DNA of 64,000 nucleotides from NCBI GenBank assembly GCA_036490295.1, contig DASXED010000032.1, positions 2,060 through 66,059 of the forward strand. The letters are read 5' to 3'. The translations under genes and the position numbers were made by a program. Shown here in pieces: positions 19,365 through 27,000 of the stretch. Each line of letters starts with the position of its first letter. The stretch's first letter is position 1. This DNA comes from Verrucomicrobiia bacterium. Lineage in GTDB: Bacteria > Verrucomicrobiota > Verrucomicrobiia > Limisphaerales > UBA11358. The notes under the pieces are model-generated. The model saw only the letters and a list, made by a program, of their open reading frames with translations, did no database searches and was not told where the DNA came from.

Positions 19365-20312
19365 TTAAATAATCTCTGGATTAAATTTAAGTATTTCCTG
19401 CCAAATCTCTGGTAGCTCGTCTCTAATGTAACTTCCAATTAGAACTCTCCCGCCTGGATTTTCGGACAGCACAGTGCGACAAAGACGAATTTGTTTTAGT
19501 CTTTTTGCCAAATTAAGAAGCTGAATAGTCCATCTGCTAGCATCTTCTTGAATCATCTTCCGAAATTTCTCTGGATCATTTTCAAACTCTGACATCTTCC
19601 TCGTAGCTCTTGGTGAAAGATCAATATGTGCGGAGTTGAAAAGATATGAGCAACCTCGTAGGCGCAATTTAGTTTCCAATGGCGTGAACCAAGCGTTAGG
19701 CGGCGGTCTCCAACTGCGAAAATAGTTCACGAGACGAAATGAAAGTGGCTTTGAATCTATTACTTCGCCGATTGTTCGCTTCCACTCACGGTCTTCGTAA
19801 AATTCAGTATCGGATGGATTAACTGCAAGAGTTAAAACTTCGGCATTTTCTATATCACCAAAAAAAGGAATTGGACACCTCGACCTACATTCACCATATA
19901 GACTGTTAAATTCCTCATCAGTTTCCTCGACCGTATTGATTGTGTTATCTACCAATTCAATAAGTTGATTGCTTGGACTAAACTCCGCGAATACGGACGA
20001 ATTCAAACTTTGCCATTGGCTGTCATCGCACCATGTAATTACTCTTCGAGGAAAAACACTGGACGGATTGTCATCAATAATCACATCCGGTTTCCCAACA
20101 AATCCTGAAAAAAAACCAGCCAGACCATGTTCTACGGCTTTGGAACGAGCATAATCACCGCCAGCTCCAGACCAAAGATACAAATTTGAATCAGGATGTT
20201 CTGCATTCAATTTCAGCCGAATCTGCCGCAGAATTTCTTGAGCGCGCGGATCAACACCTTCATTGCTATTCAGCAATGTTCCGTCCACGTCTATGAAAAT
20301 ATTCATGCTCAT
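19365..20312 (-). CDS. orphan fusion protein: N-terminal HAD-like phosphatase domain plus an unknown domain of about 190 aa
   Basis: 315-aa ORF with a DVDGTL (DxDxT) motif at residues 8-13 and KPDVIIDD later. The C-terminal half has LTLAVNPS and HIDLSPRAT motifs. It is visibly AT-richer than its neighbours. Its ATG overlaps the stop of the murB 3' remnant. Confidence 0.6.
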   Translation of the reverse strand: MSMNIFIDVDGTLLNSNEGVDPRAQEILRQIRLKLNAEHPDSNLYLWSGAGGDYARSKAVEHGLAGFFSGFVGKPDVIIDDNPSSVFPRRVITWCDDSQWQSLNSSVFAEFSPSNQLIELVDNTINTVEETDEEFNSLYGECRSRCPIPFFGDIENAEVLTLAVNPSDTEFYEDREWKRTIGEVIDSKPLSFRLVNYFRSWRPPPNAWFTPLETKLRLRGCSYLFNSAHIDLSPRATRKMSEFENDPEKFRKMIQEDASRWTIQLLNLAKRLKQIRLCRTVLSENPGGRVLIGSYIRDELPEIWQEILKFNPEII

Positions 20313-20415
20313 TCTTCGCCGATAATTTCGACTTCCGTGTGCAATTCAATTCCGCGTTCAGCTTTCGCCTTTGCCTTCAAAATTGAAATCAATTCCAAAA
20401 CGTCGCGCGCCGTCG
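20313..20415 (-). repeat. direct-repeat copy A: diverged duplicate of the murB 3' coding end (remnant)
   Basis: This 103 nt aligns with 21141-21243 with about 8 mismatches. It still reads TARDVLELISILKAKAKAERGIELHTEVEIIGEE-stop. Confidence 0.85.
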
Positions 20416-20438
20416 TCATGTTCAAATTTCGGTTCATG

Positions 20439-20840
20439 TCACTTCACAAATTTTTCCAGCGAGACGGCAATTTTCGGAAACGCGCGCAAAACCTGTTTGT
20501 CCGCCGTCACCAACGGCACGCCCAAATCCTGCGCCAGCGCCACATATTCGCAGTCGTAAGCCGTGCAATCGGATGCCAGCACCAGCTTGATGATCCGCTC
20601 GGTCGGCACGGAATATTCATTCGCGCCCAAATCTTTCTGGACATTCAGATAGGCGGCGTTGGCCTCGGCCTCGGTCAATGTTTGTCTTCGTAAATATCCC
20701 GCCAACACATTCCGAAATTCCGCGCGCCACAAAATTGGCGACGCCCAAACTTTGTCGCGGTCTTTTACGGCTTCCGTTAATTCCGCAAAGTCGCTAGGCA
20801 GCCAGAAATAAACCAGCACGCTGTTGTCCACGACAATCAC
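20439..20840 (-). CDS. vapC: type II toxin VapC (PIN-domain ribonuclease)
   Basis: 133 aa with PIN acidic residues (VVDNS, TAYDCEY, VTADKQ). It overlaps the upstream antitoxin gene by 4 nt. Confidence 0.88.
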   Translation of the reverse strand: MIVVDNSVLVYFWLPSDFAELTEAVKDRDKVWASPILWRAEFRNVLAGYLRRQTLTEAEANAAYLNVQKDLGANEYSVPTERIIKLVLASDCTAYDCEYVALAQDLGVPLVTADKQVLRAFPKIAVSLEKFVK

Positions 20841-21076
20841 GCGCGACCTTCTTCCTTGAAACGTTTCAAATCCGCCGCCGTCACCTTGAACTTGAGCGAA
20901 TTGCGGAACTGGCGCGCCCGCTGAATGATTCCCTCGGCCTCGACCGGCACGCTGCGGACGCTGGATTCCAAAACAGCAATGGCTTCGCTGTTCAAACTCC
21001 GGCGGTGTTCTGCCGCGCGTTTTTTTAATTCACGGTGCGTTTCTTTCGGAATGCCTTTAAGAGTCATTGTTATCAT
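20837..21076 (-). CDS. vapB: type II antitoxin, Arc/FitA-like ribbon-helix-helix (VapB)
   Basis: 79 aa. MTLKGIPKETHRELKKRAAEHRRSLNSEAIAVLE is typical of the FitA/VapB RHH N-terminus. Confidence 0.8.
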   Translation of the reverse strand: MITMTLKGIPKETHRELKKRAAEHRRSLNSEAIAVLESSVRSVPVEAEGIIQRARQFRNSLKFKVTAADLKRFKEEGRA

Positions 21077-21082
21077 GACACA

Positions 21083-21110
21083 ACCATAACGAAACCATTT
21101 TGAATGTCAA
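21083..21110 (-). promoter_or_regulatory. candidate vapBC promoter (possibly a leaderless transcript)
   Basis: On the minus strand: TTGACA (21110-21105), a 16-nt spacer, then TATGGT (21088-21083). The -10 element ends 7 nt before the vapB ATG at 21076. Confidence 0.35.
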
Positions 21111-21133
21111 GGCGCAACCGTTTTGGTTGCGCT

Positions 21134-22087
21134 TTAATTGTCTTCGCCGACGATTTCGACTTCCGTGTGCAATTCGATTCCGCGTTCGGCTTTCGCCTTG
21201 GTCTTCAAGATTGAAATCAATTCCAAAATGTCGCGCGCCGTCGCCTTGCCGTCGTTCACGATGAAATTGCCATGTTCGGCGGAAACCACCGCGCCGCCCA
21301 CACGCGCGCCCTTCAATCCCAGTTCGTCCACCAGCCGGCCCGCCGGGATCGCGCCGGGATTTTTGAAGATGCAACCCGCGCTCGGCGCCGCCGGCTGCGA
21401 TCCCCAGCGCTTCTCGTTGAACGCCTTCATGCGCCGCTCGATCTCCGCGCGCGGCAAAGTCCGGCATCGGAAAACCGCGCCCAGCGCGATGTGATTCTTC
21501 AACGCCGCGCAACTGCGATAATCCACGGACATTTGTTTTGGTGACATTTCAGAAATGTTGCCGTCAAAATCCATCACGCGCACCGACTCGACGACATCGA
21601 ACGTCGCGCCGCCCATCGCTCCCGCGTTCATCCGCAACGCACCGCCGACGCTGCCGGGAATGCCTTCGAGAAATTCCACGCCGCTCAAATTGTTCCGCTT
21701 CGCCTCGACCGAGACATTCTTCAATTTCGCGCCCGCGCCGCAAAAAATTTGCTCTCCAACAATTTCAATCTTGCTGAAATGCGATTGCGACAAACAAATC
21801 ACCACACCGCGAAAACCACCGTCGCGCACGAGCAGATTCGAGCCGCGCCCGAGAATGAAAAATTTGATTCCGTTTTCACTGCAAAACTTCACGATGTTCG
21901 CCAAATCATCTTCGTTCGCCGGCTCGACATAAATATCCGCCGGCCCACCGACGCGCAACGTCGTGTGCTTTGCCATCGGCTCGTCGCGACGAACCATCGT
22001 CGCGCGCGAAACGCGCCCGGCAATTTCATCCGCGATATTTTTCTCAATTCGCATCGGATTTTTCAAAATGTCAGTCGTCAGCGTCAT
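21134..22087 (-). CDS. murB: UDP-N-acetylenolpyruvoylglucosamine reductase
   Basis: 317 aa with an FAD-binding domain (HTTLRVGGPADIYVEP, GRGSNLLV) and a C-terminal MurB domain. Confidence 0.93.
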   Translation of the reverse strand: MTLTTDILKNPMRIEKNIADEIAGRVSRATMVRRDEPMAKHTTLRVGGPADIYVEPANEDDLANIVKFCSENGIKFFILGRGSNLLVRDGGFRGVVICLSQSHFSKIEIVGEQIFCGAGAKLKNVSVEAKRNNLSGVEFLEGIPGSVGGALRMNAGAMGGATFDVVESVRVMDFDGNISEMSPKQMSVDYRSCAALKNHIALGAVFRCRTLPRAEIERRMKAFNEKRWGSQPAAPSAGCIFKNPGAIPAGRLVDELGLKGARVGGAVVSAEHGNFIVNDGKATARDILELISILKTKAKAERGIELHTEVEIVGEDN

Positions 22088-23307
22088 GCGGCGGAAAATT
22101 TCTGTCGTTCCGTCACGTCGGAGCGTGAACGGTTTCCACGTTGGAGTTCAGGCTTCAGCCTGTTCTTTTCCGGCAAGCTAAAGCTTGAACTCCAACATAC
22201 GGCCAAAATATTTTCCGCAATCTGTTCCGCTGCCTTTGGCGCGTGCCACTGCGCGAGCGCGGCTTGCATTTTCTCGCGTGCAGACGAATCTTCAATCAAT
22301 TGGCTCAAAATTGCCGCGACTTTTTCGGGCGTGGAATTTTTTTGTTGGAGCAATTTTGCCGCGCCGTTTTTTTCAAAAGCGCGCGCGTTGAAGAATTGAT
22401 GGTTGTCCGCCGCCGCCGGATACGGCACGAGCAGCGCCGGCAGCGGCATGGCCGCGATTTCCGCCAGCGACGATGCGCCGGCGCGGCTGACGGAAACCGT
22501 CGCCGCGCCAAGCGCCAAATCCATTTCGGCAAGAAATGGTTTTACAACGGCCTTGATTCTGGCAGCGACATAAGCTGATTTTACTTTTTCAAAATCGTTC
22601 GGGCCGGTGAGATGAAGCCATTGCCAGCTTTTTCCAGCGAGCAATGGCAGCGCGGACAAAATCATTTCATTAAGGCCGCTCGCGCCCTGACTTCCGCCCA
22701 TGACCAGAATCGTCGGCAAATTCGGATCGAGTCCGATAGTGGCGCGGGCATCCTGCCCGCGATTCGCAGGCGAGACGCCTGCGCCACTAAAAAATTGCGG
22801 GCGAACCGGCGTTCCCGTCACAGAAACTTTGCGCGCTTTCAATCTCGCTGCGGCCTCGGGAAACCCGACGAACGCCTCGCCGACGAAGCGCGAAAGAAAA
22901 CGGTTGGCCTTGCCGGGAATAGTGTTGGATTCGTGCAAAAAAGTTTTCGCGCCGATTTTCCGCGCGGCGAGAATCGGCGGCGCAGAGGTAAATCCACCCA
23001 TTGCAAGAACAGCATCGGGTTTGCACTGTTTGAAAATTTTCCGCGACGCGCAAAATGAATTCCAAAAGCTTTTAGCGAAGGAAAAATAATTACGGTTTTG
23101 CAATCCAACCGCCGGAAGCGTGAAGATTTCAAAGCCTTGCGCGGATTTGACGGCCTGTTGATCCACGTCTTTTGGCGAGATGAGCAGCGCAACTTCGCAG
23201 CCGCGCTTTTTTAATTCTCCGGCGACGGCGAGTCCCGGAAAAAGATGCCCGCCCGTTCCGCCGCAGGCGATGGCGACGAAGGGTTTTTTAATTTCAGAAG
23301 CGGTCAT
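22084..23307 (-). CDS. murG: UDP-N-acetylglucosamine--LPS/lipid I N-acetylglucosamine transferase MurG
   Basis: 407 aa with GGTGGHLFPGLAVA and GGSQGA. It carries two translated palindromic elements. There is a 4-nt ATGA overlap with murB. Confidence 0.92.
   Translation of the reverse strand: MTASEIKKPFVAIACGGTGGHLFPGLAVAGELKKRGCEVALLISPKDVDQQAVKSAQGFEIFTLPAVGLQNRNYFSFAKSFWNSFCASRKIFKQCKPDAVLAMGGFTSAPPILAARKIGAKTFLHESNTIPGKANRFLSRFVGEAFVGFPEAAARLKARKVSVTGTPVRPQFFSGAGVSPANRGQDARATIGLDPNLPTILVMGGSQGASGLNEMILSALPLLAGKSWQWLHLTGPNDFEKVKSAYVAARIKAVVKPFLAEMDLALGAATVSVSRAGASSLAEIAAMPLPALLVPYPAAADNHQFFNARAFEKNGAAKLLQQKNSTPEKVAAILSQLIEDSSAREKMQAALAQWHAPKAAEQIAENILAVCWSSSFSLPEKNRLKPELQRGNRSRSDVTERQKFSAA
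22140..22196. repeat. paired-hairpin palindromic element (GTTGGAG subtype) in the murG 3' tail
   Basis: GTTGGAGTTCAGGCTTCAGCCTGTTC is followed by GGCAAGCTAAAGCTTGAACTCCAAC. It has inverted termini and each arm can form a hairpin. Confidence 0.7.
22738..22788. repeat. paired-hairpin palindromic element (GTGGCGC subtype), intragenic in murG
   Basis: AGTGGCGCGGGCATCCTGCCCGCG, ATTC, then GCAGGCGAGACGCCTGCGCCACT. It is 51 nt long and translated as SGAGVSPANRGQDARAT. Confidence 0.8.
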
Positions 23308-24476
23308 GTGACTCTCGCGGCGAAGGGATTATCGGCGGCGTCAATTTCCGGTTTGGAATTTTTCGCGCGGACAGTTTTTTCCCGCGCGGGCGCGCGGCGC
23401 GCGACGCTCAACAAAATTCCGATGCCGATCAGCATCGCGAGCAGACTCGAGCCGCCGGAACTGATGAACGGCAGCGCGAGTCCCTTGTTCGGCAGGACGC
23501 TGGTGACGACGCCGATGTTGATCGCGGCTTGGAGCGAAATCAAAAACGTGACGCCCGTCGCGAGCAGGCAGCCGAAGTTGTCGCGCGCGCGGAGCGCAAT
23601 GCGGATTCCGCAAATCGCGATGAGCAGAAATGCGAGGACGACGAAGAGCGTCGCGATCAATCCCAATTCCTCGCCGATGTTGGCGAAAATAAAATCACTT
23701 TGGATTTCAGGGATGTAGCCGAGTTTCTGCAATCCGTTGCCGAGGCCGAGGCCGGTCACGCCGCCCGCGCCGAGCGCGATCATGCCCTGTTGAGCCTGGA
23801 GCGCCGCGCCGTTCAAATGTTGCTGCGGATGCAACCACGCGGCGATGCGGTTCATGCGCATCGGGCTGTGCAAAATTGAAACCGCCAGCGCCGCCGCGCC
23901 GCAAAGCGCGGGAATCAAAAGATGTTTCAATTGGACGCCCGCGACGAGAAGCATCATGTCGCTGACGACAGCCAGAAGAATTGTCGTGCCGCGATCAGGC
24001 TCGACAAAAATTATGCCGAGCGCGGCGGCAATTATAATTCCGGGAAACAAAACTCCACGCTTAAAGGTTTCCATTTTCCGCTGTGAGCGGTCGCAATACC
24101 GCGCAAGCATGATGATGAGCGCGATCTTGACGAGTTCGGACGGTTGAAATGTCGCGCCGGGCAATTTGATCCAGCGGTGTGCGCCGTTGAGTTTCATTCC
24201 AAAATGCGGAACGAAAACCGAAGTTGCCAGCGCGAGCGCGCAAATGAAAATCGGCAGCGCCAGTTTTTTGAGAATTGCGTAGTCGAGAACCGCCGTCACC
24301 GCGCACGCGACGAATCCGAGCGCGCTCCAGACGAGTTGCATCTGGAGCAGATGCGCGCCGACTTCGGCGTGCGTGCGGGCGTTGACGAGCGCGAGGCTCG
24401 CGCTGTAAATCATCACCAGCCCGAGCGCGAGCAGCGCGGCGACGCAAAATGACAGTGTTGTGACGGCGACTTTCAT
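23304..24476 (-). CDS. ftsW: peptidoglycan glycosyltransferase FtsW (SEDS family)
   Basis: 390-aa polytopic FtsW/RodA/SpoVE-family protein in dcw context. Confidence 0.9.
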   Translation of the reverse strand: MKVAVTTLSFCVAALLALGLVMIYSASLALVNARTHAEVGAHLLQMQLVWSALGFVACAVTAVLDYAILKKLALPIFICALALATSVFVPHFGMKLNGAHRWIKLPGATFQPSELVKIALIIMLARYCDRSQRKMETFKRGVLFPGIIIAAALGIIFVEPDRGTTILLAVVSDMMLLVAGVQLKHLLIPALCGAAALAVSILHSPMRMNRIAAWLHPQQHLNGAALQAQQGMIALGAGGVTGLGLGNGLQKLGYIPEIQSDFIFANIGEELGLIATLFVVLAFLLIAICGIRIALRARDNFGCLLATGVTFLISLQAAINIGVVTSVLPNKGLALPFISSGGSSLLAMLIGIGILLSVARRAPAREKTVRAKNSKPEIDAADNPFAARVT

Positions 24477-24516
24477 TTCATTGCTTCAACAAATGCCGGC
24501 CGTTCGCGGACAATTT

Positions 24517-25251
24517 TTATTGTCCGTTCGTCGAAGGCGCGGGCGCAATCGGAGCAGGCGCAGTTGCGGGCGGCGCGTTCACGACCGCGTTCGGCGATTC
24601 GGCCTTCGCGGGCATTTTCAGCTTCTGCCCGACTTTGATTTTTGTCGTGGACAGGTTGTTTTCAGATTCAATGGCCTTGACGGTCGTGCCGTGCGATCTG
24701 GCGATTTTCGTCAATGTGTCGCCCGACTTGACGGCGTAAGTTTCTTCGCCGGTGTTTGCACCGGTTGAATCCGTCGCTCCCACTGGCGCAATGCTGGATG
24801 CCGCCGGGATTGAAAGCTTCTGCCCGACTTTCAACTTGGCCGGGACGATTCCGGGATTGGCGTCTTCAAGCGCCTTGAGCTTCAAGCCGTTTCTTTTGGC
24901 GATTTTTCCAAGTGTGTCGCCCTTGACCACGACGTATTCCGTTCCAGCGGTTTCAACAACCGGCGGAACAATGACCGGCGCGGGGTTCGTCGGAACCGGC
25001 GGAACGAATGCCGTGGCATTTGACGTTCCCGTCGCCGAAGAATTTGTGTCGGTGTTTGCCACGGTGTTCGTGTCGGATGGCGGAGTGTTGTCTGCGTTTT
25101 CAGTTTCGCGTTTGCAGCCCTGGATGAGCATCGCGGTCAGGCCACAGACACCGATGGCGAGCGTGCAGAAGACGGCGAGCTTCATGCGGGAGCGGCGTTT
25201 GTTTTGCTCGAGGAGCGAGCCTTGCGGGACAAATGGATTCGGATTGTTCAT
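24517..25251 (-). CDS. lipoprotein with two LysM domains
   Basis: The start is placed at MNNPNPF (ATG at 25251). It has the lipobox-like sequence MLIQGC and two LysM repeats (YVVVKGDTLGKIAKRNG..., YAVKSGDTLTKIARSHG...). Confidence 0.75.
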   Translation of the reverse strand: MNNPNPFVPQGSLLEQNKRRSRMKLAVFCTLAIGVCGLTAMLIQGCKRETENADNTPPSDTNTVANTDTNSSATGTSNATAFVPPVPTNPAPVIVPPVVETAGTEYVVVKGDTLGKIAKRNGLKLKALEDANPGIVPAKLKVGQKLSIPAASSIAPVGATDSTGANTGEETYAVKSGDTLTKIARSHGTTVKAIESENNLSTTKIKVGQKLKMPAKAESPNAVVNAPPATAPAPIAPAPSTNGQ

Positions 25252-25471
25252 GGGTTTGGCGCTGGTGGCGTCCTTTCTTCGAGGTCGGTTTAGTTTGGTT
25301 GATTTTTCCACTGCGAAACTTTCCCTCGAAAAATTTCGCGGCGGGTTAAATTCATCTTGTTCACCGGCAACGGCACGAAATCTCGCCGCGCCGTTTCCGG
25401 CAAAATCATTAGCAGCCGCGCGATGCGCACGCAAGACGCAAAACGCATTTTTTCCATTGGTAATGTTGCTT

Positions 25472-26656
25472 TCATCGTAGTTTCAAGGTTGCCAGCGCGA
25501 CCACCGCGCACAGCACGCACAAAATGTAAAACCGCATCACGACCTGCGACTCATACCAGCCTTTTTTTTCAAAGTGATGATGCAGCGGCGCCATGAGAAA
25601 AATTCTGCGCCCGGTGCCGTAAAATTTTTTTGTGAATTTGAACCAGCCGGTTTGAATCATCACCGACGCCGCCTCCAAAACAAAAATTCCGCCCGCGATC
25701 ACCAGCACAAACGGCTGGTGAATCAACACGGCAATAATTCCAAACGCGCCGCCGAGCGCGAGCGATCCCGTGTCACCCATGAAAACCTGCGCCGGATGAC
25801 AATTATACCAAAGAAATCCAAGTCCCGCGCCAATCATCGCCGCGCAAAAAACAGTCAGTTCGCCCGCGCCGCTGACGTAGGGAATTTGCAAGTAGCCCGC
25901 GATTTTTACGTTGCCCGCGACGTAAGTGAAAATCAAAAACACAAACGCCGTGATGAGCGTGCAGCCGATTGCAAGGCCGTCGAGGCCGTCCGTCAAATTC
26001 ACCGCGTTGGAACTGCCGACGATTGCGAGCAGCACGACCAGCACGCCGACGGTTGCACCGACTTCAATCGGAAATTTATAAAATGGCAGCATCAAATCGC
26101 TGACGAGATTGCTGTGGATGATATTTTTGTTTCCGAGCAACAACAGTTCGCTCGTCGCCGGAAGTTCCAAAAGATAAATGCCGACGAACAAACCTAGCGC
26201 GGCCTGCACCAGAAGTTTCACGCGTGGCGGAGTGCCGCCGCCGCTTTGCTGGATTATTTTTGCATAGTCGTCGTAAAATCCCAGGCCCGACAAAACCAGA
26301 ACCGCGAGCAGCGTCAATTCCACCTGCGCGTTCCATTCCGTCCAGAGCATCGTAGAAAAAACCAGCACCGCGACAATCAAAACTCCGCCCATCGTCGGCG
26401 TCCCTTTTTTGCTCAAGACGCGCGCGGCCAATCCGCCCGCTTCTTCCGCTTTGTCTTTGTAATCCTGACCGAATTTTAATGTCTTGAGCCAATGAATTAT
26501 TTTCGGCCCGAGCCACCAACTCAACAACAATGCCGTGACCGCCGCGCCCGCGCTGCGAACGGTGATGTAACGAAACAATCGCAGGAACGAGACGCGACCT
26601 TCCCAAGTCGTCCCGTGCGACCAATCCAAAATTTGCTGGCTCAAATAATAAAACAT
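25472..26656 (-). CDS. mraY: phospho-N-acetylmuramoyl-pentapeptide transferase
   Basis: 394 aa with KKGTPTMGG, NAVNLTDGLDGLA and HHHFE motifs. Confidence 0.94.
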   Translation of the reverse strand: MFYYLSQQILDWSHGTTWEGRVSFLRLFRYITVRSAGAAVTALLLSWWLGPKIIHWLKTLKFGQDYKDKAEEAGGLAARVLSKKGTPTMGGVLIVAVLVFSTMLWTEWNAQVELTLLAVLVLSGLGFYDDYAKIIQQSGGGTPPRVKLLVQAALGLFVGIYLLELPATSELLLLGNKNIIHSNLVSDLMLPFYKFPIEVGATVGVLVVLLAIVGSSNAVNLTDGLDGLAIGCTLITAFVFLIFTYVAGNVKIAGYLQIPYVSGAGELTVFCAAMIGAGLGFLWYNCHPAQVFMGDTGSLALGGAFGIIAVLIHQPFVLVIAGGIFVLEAASVMIQTGWFKFTKKFYGTGRRIFLMAPLHHHFEKKGWYESQVVMRFYILCVLCAVVALATLKLR

Positions 26657-26659
26657 TTT

Positions 26660-26989
26660 TTACTCGCCGGTTTCATCGGCCTTCTCAAACATTTTACTGA
26701 CAACCTTTCCGCAAATCTCGTGCATCCAAGAACCGCCGCCAGATGTAATCAATTGTTTATATTCTTTGTCCTCCGCGAACATTAAAATTGGTTTAATTTG
26801 CTTTCCGTTAAATTTCATTTCTCGACTTCCATCAATAATTACAGATATATCAAATAAAAGACTTTCAATTAATTCTCGGTCTTCACCAAGTCCCATTTTT
26901 TCTAGGCGCGATTTAATATCAAGAGCAAGTGTTATGATTAGCCGAATTTGTAGCGCATTAAATTCTTTGGCGTTAACTTTTGCAGTCAT
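26660..26989 (-). CDS. AT-rich orphan protein wedged between murF and mraY
   Basis: 109-aa ORF. It starts 11 nt after the murF stop and stops 3 nt before the mraY start. One 60-nt line hand-counts to about 30% G+C. I recognise no family. Confidence 0.5.
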   Translation of the reverse strand: MTAKVNAKEFNALQIRLIITLALDIKSRLEKMGLGEDRELIESLLFDISVIIDGSREMKFNGKQIKPILMFAEDKEYKQLITSGGGSWMHEICGKVVSKMFEKADETGE

Positions 26990-27000
26990 ATTCAGTTATT

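Noticed and set aside
24752-25480. A 242-aa plus-strand ORF antisense to the LysM lipoprotein gene.
   Set aside because: The minus-strand frame contains two unmistakable LysM repeats and a lipobox. The plus-strand frame is low-complexity.
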